Assembly: GCA_016218805.1 (NCBI GenBank) | Contig: JACRCW010000168.1 | Location: 1 to 64,000 of the forward strand | Length of the DNA: 64,000 bases | Direction: 5' to 3' | Origin: Deltaproteobacteria bacterium | GTDB lineage: Bacteria > Myxococcota > JACRCW01 | Shown here: positions 10,970-19,753 of the stretch, piece after piece | How positions within the stretch are numbered: position 1 is the first letter of the stretch | Layout: the number at the start of each line of letters is the position of its first letter | Translations under genes and position numbers: made by a program | The notes under the pieces: generated by a model | The model's input: only the letters and a program-made list of their open reading frames with translations | The model's database searches: none | What the model was told of the DNA's origin: nothing

Positions 10970-12721
10970 GTGACCCAGTGCCGGCTGCGAACCGAGGACG
11001 GGGAGGAAATCCTGTCCCTGGACGAGCTGGAGGACCGGGTACGCGCCGGGGGCGTGCCGTCACACGCGTGGGTGAGCGTGGAGGGGCTCACGCACGGGTT
11101 TGTGCGCCTGCGGGACAGCCCATTTGCGGCGCGGTGGGACCCGGTGGCGCGGGCTCGCTTCCGCGCAGCGTTTGCCCTGGACCGCTGGCCGGTGCTCTCC
11201 GTGGTGACGGCGCTGGCGTGCGTGCTCATCCACGCGCGCGCGGAGCAGCTGTCTGACGGCGTTCCTGACGGGGACGTGCTGCTGGCGCTGGGCGCGCGCG
11301 CGCGCGCCGCCGTGGTGGGCGACGGGGAGGCGTGGCGGCTGTGGACCGGGGCGTTCCTGCACCGGGACCGCATCCACCTGGCGTTCAACGCGGCGGTGTT
11401 TGTGGCGGTAGGCGGGGCGCTGGAGTCCATCTACACGCGCACCGGCTGGCTGGCGGTCGTCGCCACCGGCATGGTGTCGTCGTCGCTGTTGTCGCTGTGG
11501 CTGGGGCCGCCGGTGACGGTGGGCCTGTCCGGGGTGGTGTTTGCCGCGCTGGGGGCGTGCGTGGGGTTTGGCGCGCGCTTCCGAGAAGTGCTGCGCTGGC
11601 CCTACCAGCACTGGTTTGGGGTGGCGGCGCTGGCGTACGCGTTGTTCGCGCTGTGGACGGGGGCGCGGGTGCCGGACGTGGACCACGCGGCGCACCTGGG
11701 TGGCCTGCTGGGCGGGCTGGCTGCGGGGCTGGTGCTGCCGCCGCGGCGGTGGCGGCGCCCGTTTGAGACACCCTGGGCGGACCCGGGGCTGTTGGCCGGC
11801 GCCGGGTTGGTGATGGTGGCGGCAACCGGGCTGGTGGCGTCCCACGCGTGGGGGCCGCCGCGGGAGGTCACGCACACCGCCTCGCAGTACGGCGTGGTGG
11901 TGCGCCTGCCGGAGGGATACGTCGCCACGCGGGATGCGTTTGGGTGGGCGGCGTATGACAACGGGCTGGACGCGCAGGTGGCGCTGGCGTGCGCGCGCGC
12001 GGATGCGGCCTGGCCGCGGTGGAGCGGCAAGCGCGGGCCGGCGGAAGCCATGTTCCAGGCGGAACTGCTGCGTGAGGCGCGGGCGCGGGAGATCGCGGAC
12101 TTCCGCTCCGGGGTGGCGCGCCCCGCGGTGGTGGGCGAGGCGGTGGGCCCGTCGTGGCCGGCGCAGGAGCTGCCGTTTGCCTACCACCTGCCGGGTTATG
12201 ACGTGGAGGCGCGGCTGGTGGCGTTTGAACGCGGCATGGTGCGCTGCGGGCTGGTGCTGGCGGCCCGCACGCGCGCGCTGGCGCGGCGCGGGCCGGGGTT
12301 GGACCGCGTCCGGGCCACGCTGCATCTGGTGGCGCCGCAGCCGCTGGTGCACGCGCGGATGGCAGCGCACGCGGACCCGGCTTCCCTGCCGCTGCAATTG
12401 GAGCTGGGCGTGCAAGCCGTGCAGGCCGGCGTGTTTGACGAGGCGCACCGCGCGCTGGGCAGCGCCATCGCGCTGGCCGCGGACGACACCGTCCCGCTGG
12501 CGCGGGCACACTACGCCATGGCCACGCTGGGGCTGTTGACCCTGGACGGGCCGCTGGCCCTGCGCCACGCCCAACGCGCGCGTGACCTGGTTCCGCAGGA
12601 CGTGGACGTGGCCGTGGCGCTGTACGGGGCGTACCGCATCAACGGGCTGGCGGACGCGGCGCCCGCGCGGCTGCTGGCGGAGGCGCTGCGGCAGGTGCGG
12701 CCCCACGTGCTGCGGCACTGA
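10970..12721 (+). CDS. Rhomboid intramembrane serine protease with N-terminal GYF_2-like region and C-terminal soluble/TPR-like region
   Basis: WRLWTGAFLH...HLAFN, VGLSG (catalytic Ser), DHAAHLGG (catalytic His), helical TPR-like tail. Confidence 0.85.
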   Translation: MTQCRLRTEDGEEILSLDELEDRVRAGGVPSHAWVSVEGLTHGFVRLRDSPFAARWDPVARARFRAAFALDRWPVLSVVTALACVLIHARAEQLSDGVPDGDVLLALGARARAAVVGDGEAWRLWTGAFLHRDRIHLAFNAAVFVAVGGALESIYTRTGWLAVVATGMVSSSLLSLWLGPPVTVGLSGVVFAALGACVGFGARFREVLRWPYQHWFGVAALAYALFALWTGARVPDVDHAAHLGGLLGGLAAGLVLPPRRWRRPFETPWADPGLLAGAGLVMVAATGLVASHAWGPPREVTHTASQYGVVVRLPEGYVATRDAFGWAAYDNGLDAQVALACARADAAWPRWSGKRGPAEAMFQAELLREARAREIADFRSGVARPAVVGEAVGPSWPAQELPFAYHLPGYDVEARLVAFERGMVRCGLVLAARTRALARRGPGLDRVRATLHLVAPQPLVHARMAAHADPASLPLQLELGVQAVQAGVFDEAHRALGSAIALAADDTVPLARAHYAMATLGLLTLDGPLALRHAQRARDLVPQDVDVAVALYGAYRINGLADAAPARLLAEALRQVRPHVLRH

Positions 12722-12752
12722 ACATGGCGGCTCGCGGCGGCGCAGCGTCGGG

Positions 12753-13859
12753 CTAGGGCGCGGTGACGCGCGCCCCGGCGCGCGCGTCCAGCCCCAGCAG
12801 CGGCAGCACCGGGCTGGTGAAGCGCGGCGCCCACGCGGGGGTGGCCGGGCGCCCGCCGTCGGGCGGGTGCCGCAGGAGCGCAGCGGCCGAGTACGCGCCG
12901 GTGTCGACGATCGCGGAGGCGGGGAGGGCGCGGTTGCCGGAGACTTCGGTGAGGTCCGCGCGTTCCAGCGCCGCCAGCGCATGGTCCACGGGCGGACCCG
13001 CGCCCGGCCAGGTCCGCGCCGCCCCCAGCGCGCAGCGGCCAAACGCGTTGTCCTTCACGCGCATTGCGTCGTTGCCCCGTTGCACCCGCAAGCAGGTGCC
13101 CTGCACGTCGTCAAACACGTTGCGCTCCAGCCGTGCCTCCACGTGGCGCTGCAGGTCCACGGCGTCGCCGCGGGCCCCGCCGGGTTTCTCCGCCCACACG
13201 CCCAGGAACGTGTTGCCGGTGATCACCACGCGCGCCCCCTGCTCCGTGCCCCACGCGGTGAACGCGGACACCCGGTGGTTCACCAGCAGGCTCCCGTCCA
13301 GTGTGAACGCCGTACGCACGCTGGCACGCAGCGCGTGCGCCGCGCCGTTGAGGAAGACGCACTGCCGGAACACCACGTCCTCCGCGCGTTCCACGCGCAC
13401 CAGCGGGAACAGCCGCCCCAGCCCGGATTCGGACAGACCCCGCCCGCCGTAGCGGAGCCCCGGCCCCCCATCAAACCCCACGCCGTCCACCACCACGCGC
13501 CGCGCGCCGGCCGCCACCTCCAGCAGCGGCCGGTCCACGTCCGCCGGCGCCAGGATCCACGACGGGGTCGCCCACGGATCGCGGTGCGCAAAGGCCGCAT
13601 CCCAGCCGCCCTCCAGCGTCACCGCCGCGCGCGCCAGCTGCAGGGGCAGCGCGCTGGTGGCGGGCGCGTGGTTGCCGGCCGCCAGCCGGATGGTGTCGCC
13701 TTCGGCGGCCTGGGCCAGCGCGCGCTCCAATGACCGCAGCGGCTTCTCCGCCGTGCCGGGCGCCTCCGCCCCGCCTGACGGGCTGACGTGGATGACGCGC
13801 GCGCTGCCCACCGCGGGCGCCAGCAGCAGGACCACCAGGCCCAGGTGCGACGCGCTCAT
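12753..13859 (-). CDS. Exported right-handed beta-helix protein (DUF1565-like N-terminus)
   Basis: Signal peptide; IHVSPSG...GTAEKPLRSLERAL...GDTIRLAAG; repeated xxNxF beta-helix rungs. Confidence 0.7.
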   Translation of the reverse strand: MSASHLGLVVLLLAPAVGSARVIHVSPSGGAEAPGTAEKPLRSLERALAQAAEGDTIRLAAGNHAPATSALPLQLARAAVTLEGGWDAAFAHRDPWATPSWILAPADVDRPLLEVAAGARRVVVDGVGFDGGPGLRYGGRGLSESGLGRLFPLVRVERAEDVVFRQCVFLNGAAHALRASVRTAFTLDGSLLVNHRVSAFTAWGTEQGARVVITGNTFLGVWAEKPGGARGDAVDLQRHVEARLERNVFDDVQGTCLRVQRGNDAMRVKDNAFGRCALGAARTWPGAGPPVDHALAALERADLTEVSGNRALPASAIVDTGAYSAAALLRHPPDGGRPATPAWAPRFTSPVLPLLGLDARAGARVTAP

Positions 13860-14111
13860 GCGGGGTAGTCCGCCTTCCGGTGCACGGCCGCCACCATCCC
13901 GCCCGCGCGCGCCGCTTGCGGCACCGCGGCGGGTGGCGCCGGCACGGGGGGAGTGCGGACTGCGCGGGCGCGCGCGGCGGGACGGCGGCGTGTCATGACG
14001 GGCGCGCACATTGCGGGGCGGCCCCAACGCGCGTCAACGGCGCCGGGGTGGGGAAGTGGAGGCAGCCTCCGGGGTCTGCTAGGTGCCCCGGGTAACCACT
14101 GAGGAGTCCGC

Positions 14112-15290
14112 ATGGCCGGGCCAGTCTTCCCTCCCGCGCAAGTCCTGTTGTCCGCAGCGCTCCTGCTGCCCGCCGTGGCGGCCAACGCCCAGAGCGAGGA
14201 GGGCGTGTTCTCATCGGAAGGCGTGCAGCTGCACACCGACGCACGGGTGTACGTGCTGTACGGCATCCTCAACGCGCGCGGGTATGACCGGGAGACTGAG
14301 CGCGGACCGCCGCCGACGGATGCGCCGCGCTACAGCGCGCTGCGCGTGCACGTCCGGGACACCCTCAAGCTGGGCGTGGACGTGGAGAAGGCCGCGGACA
14401 CATTCCTGGCGGGGCATGCGGACACCCCGGTGCGCTACCTGCGTGCGGCGCTGGCGCTGGAGGACGCGCCCAAATTCGGCGTGCCGGAGGGCGCTGACCT
14501 GGGCGGCTACGAAGGCCTCTCCAAGCTGTTGGCGGGCGCCTGGTCCGCCGGCGCGGCCGAGGCGTACGACAGCGACACCGTGGAACTGCGCCGGGCGTCC
14601 AAGGAGATGCTCCCCGTGGTGGACGCGCGCGCGGCGGAGTTGCGCAAGGTGCTGCGCCTGGAGGCCACCGCGGAGGACCTGTTGGCCGCCGAAAGCGAGG
14701 GCGGCGACAAGGTGGTGGTGATCTTCAACGTGCTGGATGCGCACGGCATGCAGCTGCGGCACGCCGTGCCTGGCGTCCGCTACGTGATCATGGGGCCGTG
14801 GAAGGCGGTGGCGGACAAGGGTGTGGCGGACCCGGTGATCGTGGAGGTGGCGCGCATGCTGCTGGCACCCGAGGTGAAAAAGGTGGCCAAGGCGCCGGAA
14901 CTGGCGGCTTATGCCGCCCGCACCGGTCCGGCAGGCGCCGCGCTGGGCAAGCCCGACGAGGTGGTCCTGGAAGCGCTCTCCCGCGCCGCCGCGCGCAAGG
15001 TGCTGGGCCGCCCGCTGCTGCTGCGGACCGGTTTTGACGCGGAACCGGAACTCCCCGGTGAGGCGGACCTGCTGCGCGAGTTGGAGGCGTTTGCCGCCAC
15101 GCAGGACAAGCTGGCGGACGCACTGCCCGCGCTGTTGGGCCGCGCCGCCGGAACGCCACCCGCCGCCGCGGAGACGGTCCCGCCCGCGGCGGCTCCCGCC
15201 GCCACTCCGCCGGCCAAGGAACCTCCCAAACCCGTGCCAGCCAAGGAACCCGCCAAGCCCGCACCGGCCAAGCCCGCCAAGGGGGGGTGA
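14112..15290 (+). CDS. Hypothetical exported protein with Pro/Ala/Lys-rich tail
   Basis: GAGGAG RBS, signal peptide ending ANA-QS, typical codon usage. Confidence 0.75.
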   Translation: MAGPVFPPAQVLLSAALLLPAVAANAQSEEGVFSSEGVQLHTDARVYVLYGILNARGYDRETERGPPPTDAPRYSALRVHVRDTLKLGVDVEKAADTFLAGHADTPVRYLRAALALEDAPKFGVPEGADLGGYEGLSKLLAGAWSAGAAEAYDSDTVELRRASKEMLPVVDARAAELRKVLRLEATAEDLLAAESEGGDKVVVIFNVLDAHGMQLRHAVPGVRYVIMGPWKAVADKGVADPVIVEVARMLLAPEVKKVAKAPELAAYAARTGPAGAALGKPDEVVLEALSRAAARKVLGRPLLLRTGFDAEPELPGEADLLRELEAFAATQDKLADALPALLGRAAGTPPAAAETVPPAAAPAATPPAKEPPKPVPAKEPAKPAPAKPAKGG

Positions 15291-15380
15291 CGCGGGGGCC
15301 AGCGCCGTCGTCGTCGACGGAGGCGCCTCGGGAGGGCGAGCCTCCTGGCGAGCCCGCGGCAGCGAGTGGGCCGAGCCCTG

Positions 15381-15419
15381 AAAAGGACACCGAGGTGTCT
15401 CGAATAATGAGACACTTTT
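15381..15419. promoter_or_regulatory. AT-rich palindromic element, probable transcription-factor operator
   Basis: GTGTCTC-GAATAAT-GAGACAC perfect inverted repeat, overlapping GACAC-CGAG-GTGTC and flanked by AAAAG/CTTTT. Confidence 0.45.
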
Positions 15420-15644
15420 CGACTCAGGCCCCTGCTGCTCCCGGGCTGGGATAGCGTGGACGTGAACCAGATCACTCAACCAGCGCCTGGCGGGTGCCCG
15501 GGCCGCCACGCAGAGCACCCCTGGGCCCCCTGAAAGATGCCCGTTTCACGCCCGCAGCGCTTGTTCCGCTCCCGGCGGGTTGGCGCCGCCCGAACGTGAC
15601 GCTAAGAGCGTCCGACCCCGTCGGGCTCCCGCCGGGGGCGAACC

Positions 15645-16892
15645 ATGGCCGTCCCGCTCCCTGAACGTTTCATCGAATCGCTTCTCGACGACGCGCGCGC
15701 AGCCGCGCCCGCGATTCCGGGTTGGCACCGCCGGCGGGGCACGCGAACCGCGCTGGCCTGGGGGCGTTGGCACCAGCACCGCGCCGGCCTGGCCTACGGC
15801 CTGCTTCCCGTGGGGCTGGAACTTCGGGTCCTGGGTGCCGTGCTGCTGCAGGCCGCCCGCGGGCACGCGGAGCTGGCGGTGCCGGCCCTGCCGGAGGCCA
15901 CGCGGGACGCGGTGGGGCTGGCGGCGTTGGCGCTGTCGGTGGGTGACCGCGACGCCGCCCGTGCGCTTCTGGACGGGGCTTCCGCGCCCGGCCGCCGCCG
16001 GGACCGCCAGCTGGCCGCGCTGGGTCAGGCCTGGGGGGCCCACCTGGCCGCGCTCTGCGCGCCCATGCTCACGCACGCCCAGCGCGCGGCCCTGTGGACC
16101 GCGGAGGCCACGGCACTGGGCCGCAGCGTCCGCCGCCTGTTGCACGACGGCACGCGCCTCACCCGTGCCCGCGCCGAGCGGCTGCTGGCCCAGCGGGCCG
16201 CTGACCGGGTCCGCGCGCTGTCCGCCGTGGTGGCGCTGGAGGGACACGCCCTGGACCACGGGGTGCGCCGCGCGCTGGCCGCAGCGGGGATGGCGCGGCC
16301 GGATGTGCGTGCCGCCGCCGTGCCCGCGTCCCTGGCGGACGTTCCGCGCCTGCTGCGCGCCGCCCATGCGGTGGACCAGCTGGCCACCGGCCGTGACGTG
16401 GACGCCGCCGCGCTGGCGCGCGCCTGGGACGTCCCGCCGCCGCACGCCGCCCGCGCCCTGCGCCGCGCACGCCAGGCCCTCCGCCTGCACGGTCGCCGTG
16501 TTGCGGCGCCGTCTCCCGCCGTGCCCGCCGCGCCGCCGCGCGCCGAATTCCTGGCCAACCAGGTGGCCGGCTGGACGCAGCGTGTGGTGCTCCGGCACCT
16601 GGACTCGCTGGTCAAGGAAATCCGTGAAACGGGCGAATTGGCCGCACTGCTGGCCAAGGCCGCCTCCGGCAACACGCTGTCTGAGCAGGAATGGCAGAAG
16701 GTCCGCGAGCAGCTGCTGGACGTCTGCCGCGCGGTGCCCTCCCTGGCGGTGTTTGCGCTGCCCGGCGGGGCGCTGCTGCTGCCGGTGCTGCTGCGCGTCC
16801 TCCCGTTTGACCTGCGTCCCAGTTCCTTCCGCGGCGACCCCGGCGCGGCCCCCCCTTCGCCGGGCACCCCGGCCATTGAGAACCTCCCATGA
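15645..16892 (+). CDS. Protein with C-terminal LETM1-like domain
   Basis: C-terminus EIRETGEL..LL.KA...LS..EWQKVREQLLDVCRAVPSLAVFALPGGALLLPVL...LRPSSF resembles bacterial LETM1-related proteins. Confidence 0.7.
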   Translation: MAVPLPERFIESLLDDARAAAPAIPGWHRRRGTRTALAWGRWHQHRAGLAYGLLPVGLELRVLGAVLLQAARGHAELAVPALPEATRDAVGLAALALSVGDRDAARALLDGASAPGRRRDRQLAALGQAWGAHLAALCAPMLTHAQRAALWTAEATALGRSVRRLLHDGTRLTRARAERLLAQRAADRVRALSAVVALEGHALDHGVRRALAAAGMARPDVRAAAVPASLADVPRLLRAAHAVDQLATGRDVDAAALARAWDVPPPHAARALRRARQALRLHGRRVAAPSPAVPAAPPRAEFLANQVAGWTQRVVLRHLDSLVKEIRETGELAALLAKAASGNTLSEQEWQKVREQLLDVCRAVPSLAVFALPGGALLLPVLLRVLPFDLRPSSFRGDPGAAPPSPGTPAIENLP

Positions 16893-18052
16893 GCCTGAAT
16901 GCCCCCCGCGCCGCCGTCGCACCCCGCCGCAACTCGCATCCTCCCGCCGGGCCCACCGTCACCCGTGAGCTGCTGCTGGCCATGCCCAAGACGGACCTGC
17001 ACTGCCACCTGGACGGGTCCCTGCGCGTCACCAGCATGCTGGAGATGGCGCGGGACCAGGGCGTGACGCTCCCGTCGGATGATCCGGACGGGCTGGCCAA
17101 GGCGCTGCACAGCGGGCAGGTGTGCAAGAGCCTGGGGGACTACCTGCAGGCGTTTGCCATCACCCTCAGCGTGCTGCAGACGGACGAATCGCTGGAGCGC
17201 GTGGCCTTTGAGCTGGCCGAGGACTGCCACCGCGAGAACATCCGCTACCTGGAGGTGCGGTTCGCCCCGTCACTGCACACGGATGCGGGCCTGCGGGTCA
17301 CCGCCGTGGTGGAGAGCGTGCTGGCCGGCCTGCGCCGCGCGGAGAAGCAGTACGGCATCCGCAGCGGCGTCATTGTCTGCGCGCTCCGCCATGAATCCCC
17401 GTCGGAGACCTTCCGCATGGCGGAGCTGGCCGTGGCGTACAAGAACAAGGGTGTGGTGGGGTTTGACCTGGCCGGCGGCGAAGCGGGCAACCCCGCCAAG
17501 AACCACGCCGAGGCCTTTGCCCTCATCCTCAACAACAACCTCAACTGCACCGTCCACGCGGGTGAGGCCTACGGCCCCGAGAGCATCCAGCAGGCCATCC
17601 ACTACTGCGGTGCGCACCGCATCGGCCACGGCGTCCGGCTCGTGGAGAACGGGGACCTGCTCAACTACGTGAATGACCACCGCGTGCCCCTGGAGATCTG
17701 CATCAGCTCCAACGTCCAGACCAACAGCGTGCGGGATTTCAAGACGCACCCGCTGCGGTTCTTTTTTGACTACGGCGTGCGCTGCACCATCAACACGGAC
17801 AACCGCCTCATCACCAAGACCACCGTGACGGAGGAGTTGTGGCTGGCCCACCAGCACTGCGGGTTCGACATGGACGACCTCAAGGTGCTCATTGTGCAGG
17901 GGTTCAAGAGCGCATTCCTCCCGTTCCGCGAAAAGAGCGAACTGCTCCGGCAGGTCAACGCGGAAATCGCCTCCATCACCGGCACCCCGCCGCGCGGCCC
18001 CGGCGAACTGATGCGCCCCACCGTCTCCATGCCGCCACCCTCCGGTGCCTGA
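16889..18052 (+). CDS. add: Adenosine deaminase
   Basis: PKTDLHCHLDGS, YLEVRFAP, GFDLAG, TVHAGE, RIGHG, EICISSN, INTDN. Confidence 0.93.
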   Translation: MSLNAPRAAVAPRRNSHPPAGPTVTRELLLAMPKTDLHCHLDGSLRVTSMLEMARDQGVTLPSDDPDGLAKALHSGQVCKSLGDYLQAFAITLSVLQTDESLERVAFELAEDCHRENIRYLEVRFAPSLHTDAGLRVTAVVESVLAGLRRAEKQYGIRSGVIVCALRHESPSETFRMAELAVAYKNKGVVGFDLAGGEAGNPAKNHAEAFALILNNNLNCTVHAGEAYGPESIQQAIHYCGAHRIGHGVRLVENGDLLNYVNDHRVPLEICISSNVQTNSVRDFKTHPLRFFFDYGVRCTINTDNRLITKTTVTEELWLAHQHCGFDMDDLKVLIVQGFKSAFLPFREKSELLRQVNAEIASITGTPPRGPGELMRPTVSMPPPSGA

Positions 18053-18889
18053 GTGGACCGCCTGCTCATCCTGCTGCTGTCGGTGCTCCCCAAGCACCTG
18101 CTGAGCCACCTGGCGGGCCTGCTGTGCGCGGTCCCCATCCCACGCTTCCTGCGGCCCCTGGTGTTCCGCTCCTATTGCGTGATGTTCGGCGCCAACGCGG
18201 CGGAGGCCGAGAAGCCCTTCACGCACTACCGGACCGTCAACGCCTGGTTCACCCGCGCGCTCAAGCCCGGCCTGCGCCCGGTGGCCTCTGACGGCGTGGT
18301 CTCCCCCGTGGACGCCGCGGTGGGCGCGTCAGGCCGCGTGGAGAAGGACACGCTGGTGCAAGCCAAGGGGCGGACGTACTCGTTGGCCGCGCTGCTGGGT
18401 GACCCGGCGCTGGCCGCCAGGATGGAAGGCGGCACCTTCCTCACGCTGTACCTGGCCCCCAAGGACTATCACCGCATCCACGCGCCGCTGGACGGGACCA
18501 TCCCGCGCGCCAGCTACATCCCCGGCAAGTTGTGGCCGGTGAACCAGGCCGCCGTGAGCCACGTGGACGCGCTGTTCGCCGTCAATGAGCGCATGGTCCT
18601 GCAACTGCACCGCCCCAACGGCGGCATCATGGCGGTGGTCCCCGTCGGTGCCACCATGGTGGGCATGACCCGCCTGGTGTTTGACAACCTCCACACCAAC
18701 GCATGGAAGCGCGAGCGCATTGACCGCGACTACCCCACGCCCCACGCCGTCCAGGCCGGGGACCCGCTGGGGCAGTTTGAATTCGGCTCCACCGTGGTCC
18801 TGGCGTGCACCTCTGAGTGCGCCACGCTGGACCCGCTGGAAGTGGGGCGCGACGTGAAGATGGGCCAGAAGATTGGAAGTTGTGCTTGA
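18053..18889 (+). CDS. psd: Phosphatidylserine decarboxylase proenzyme
   Basis: FTRALKPG.RP, SPVD, QAKG..YS, YLAPKDYHRIH.P, NER, VGA..VG, F.FGSTVV cleavage motif. Confidence 0.93.
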   Translation: MDRLLILLLSVLPKHLLSHLAGLLCAVPIPRFLRPLVFRSYCVMFGANAAEAEKPFTHYRTVNAWFTRALKPGLRPVASDGVVSPVDAAVGASGRVEKDTLVQAKGRTYSLAALLGDPALAARMEGGTFLTLYLAPKDYHRIHAPLDGTIPRASYIPGKLWPVNQAAVSHVDALFAVNERMVLQLHRPNGGIMAVVPVGATMVGMTRLVFDNLHTNAWKRERIDRDYPTPHAVQAGDPLGQFEFGSTVVLACTSECATLDPLEVGRDVKMGQKIGSCA

Positions 18890-18988
18890 GGCACAGGTTG
18901 TGTCCGCCCGGACGCGCCTGTGTCCATGCGCACGCAGTCCAAGGCTTGGCTGTGTCTGCCTGCCCACAGCCGGCGTGGCCAGGAGCAT

Positions 18989-19014
18989 GAACCTTCCGCA
19001 AAAACATGACGTTA
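18989..19014 (+). promoter_or_regulatory. Putative ECF sigma promoter (autoregulatory)
   Basis: GAAC-N17-CGTTA directly upstream of an ECF sigma gene. Confidence 0.5.
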
Positions 19015-19048
19015 GGGAAATGGCGTAGCGGCTGCAAAGACGGTTCGC

Positions 19049-19636
19049 ATGTGCGAGCCAGGTCGGTACAGCACGCGGGACGCCTTCGGGGCCATGGTGG
19101 CGCCGCAGATGGCGTATCTGAACCGCCGCGCGCTGCGCCTGTGCCGCGGCCGGCACGCTGACGCGGAAGACCTGGTCCAGGACACGCTTGAGCGCGCGTT
19201 CCGCCACATGGACGCCTTTGAGATGGGGACCAACTTTGCGGCGTGGCTGACGCGCATCATGACCAACACGTTCCTCAACGGCGTGCGGCGCTCCGTGCGT
19301 GAGCGCGCCGCCGTGGAAGTGGACGCCAACGCGCACGTGGTGGCACGCCAGACCGGGTTTGGTGCGGACCGTGCGGCCCCCGCGCCGGACGCGGGCGTGA
19401 CCACGGACGCGCTGTCAGACGCGGTGGTGTACGCGTTGGAGAACCTCCCGCGGGACTTCCGGCGCGTGGTGGTGATGAGTGACCTCGGTGAAATGCCGTA
19501 CAAGGACATCGCCGTGGCGCTGGACTGCCCCACGGGAACCGTGATGAGCCGCCTGTTCCGCGGCCGGCGCCTCCTGCAGGACCAGCTGCGCGGCCCCGCG
19601 CGCCAGATGGGCCTCCACGTGGCCCTGGCCGCCTGA
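19049..19636 (+). CDS. ECF sigma-70 family RNA polymerase sigma factor (SigH/SigR-like)
   Basis: DAEDLVQDT..RAF....[31 protein letters not shown]. Confidence 0.92.
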   Translation: MCEPGRYSTRDAFGAMVAPQMAYLNRRALRLCRGRHADAEDLVQDTLERAFRHMDAFEMGTNFAAWLTRIMTNTFLNGVRRSVRERAAVEVDANAHVVARQTGFGADRAAPAPDAGVTTDALSDAVVYALENLPRDFRRVVVMSDLGEMPYKDIAVALDCPTGTVMSRLFRGRRLLQDQLRGPARQMGLHVALAA

Positions 19637-19753
19637 GCAAAGCCCCCACCTCCAAAGCCGCTGCATTTCGCGCCCAGCCACGCGTAATGCCCCAGTCAGG
19701 GGTTGCGTCACGTCGTGCGTTCGTGCTCGGCTTGCCGCGCAAAGGGGGCGCCC

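Noticed and set aside
15370..15545. Glycine riboswitch or 6S RNA (two TTTCAGG on the minus strand)
   Set aside because: No GGAGAG/CCGAAG aptamer cores, no suitably oriented downstream gene, and no long terminal stem; kept only as an unassigned element
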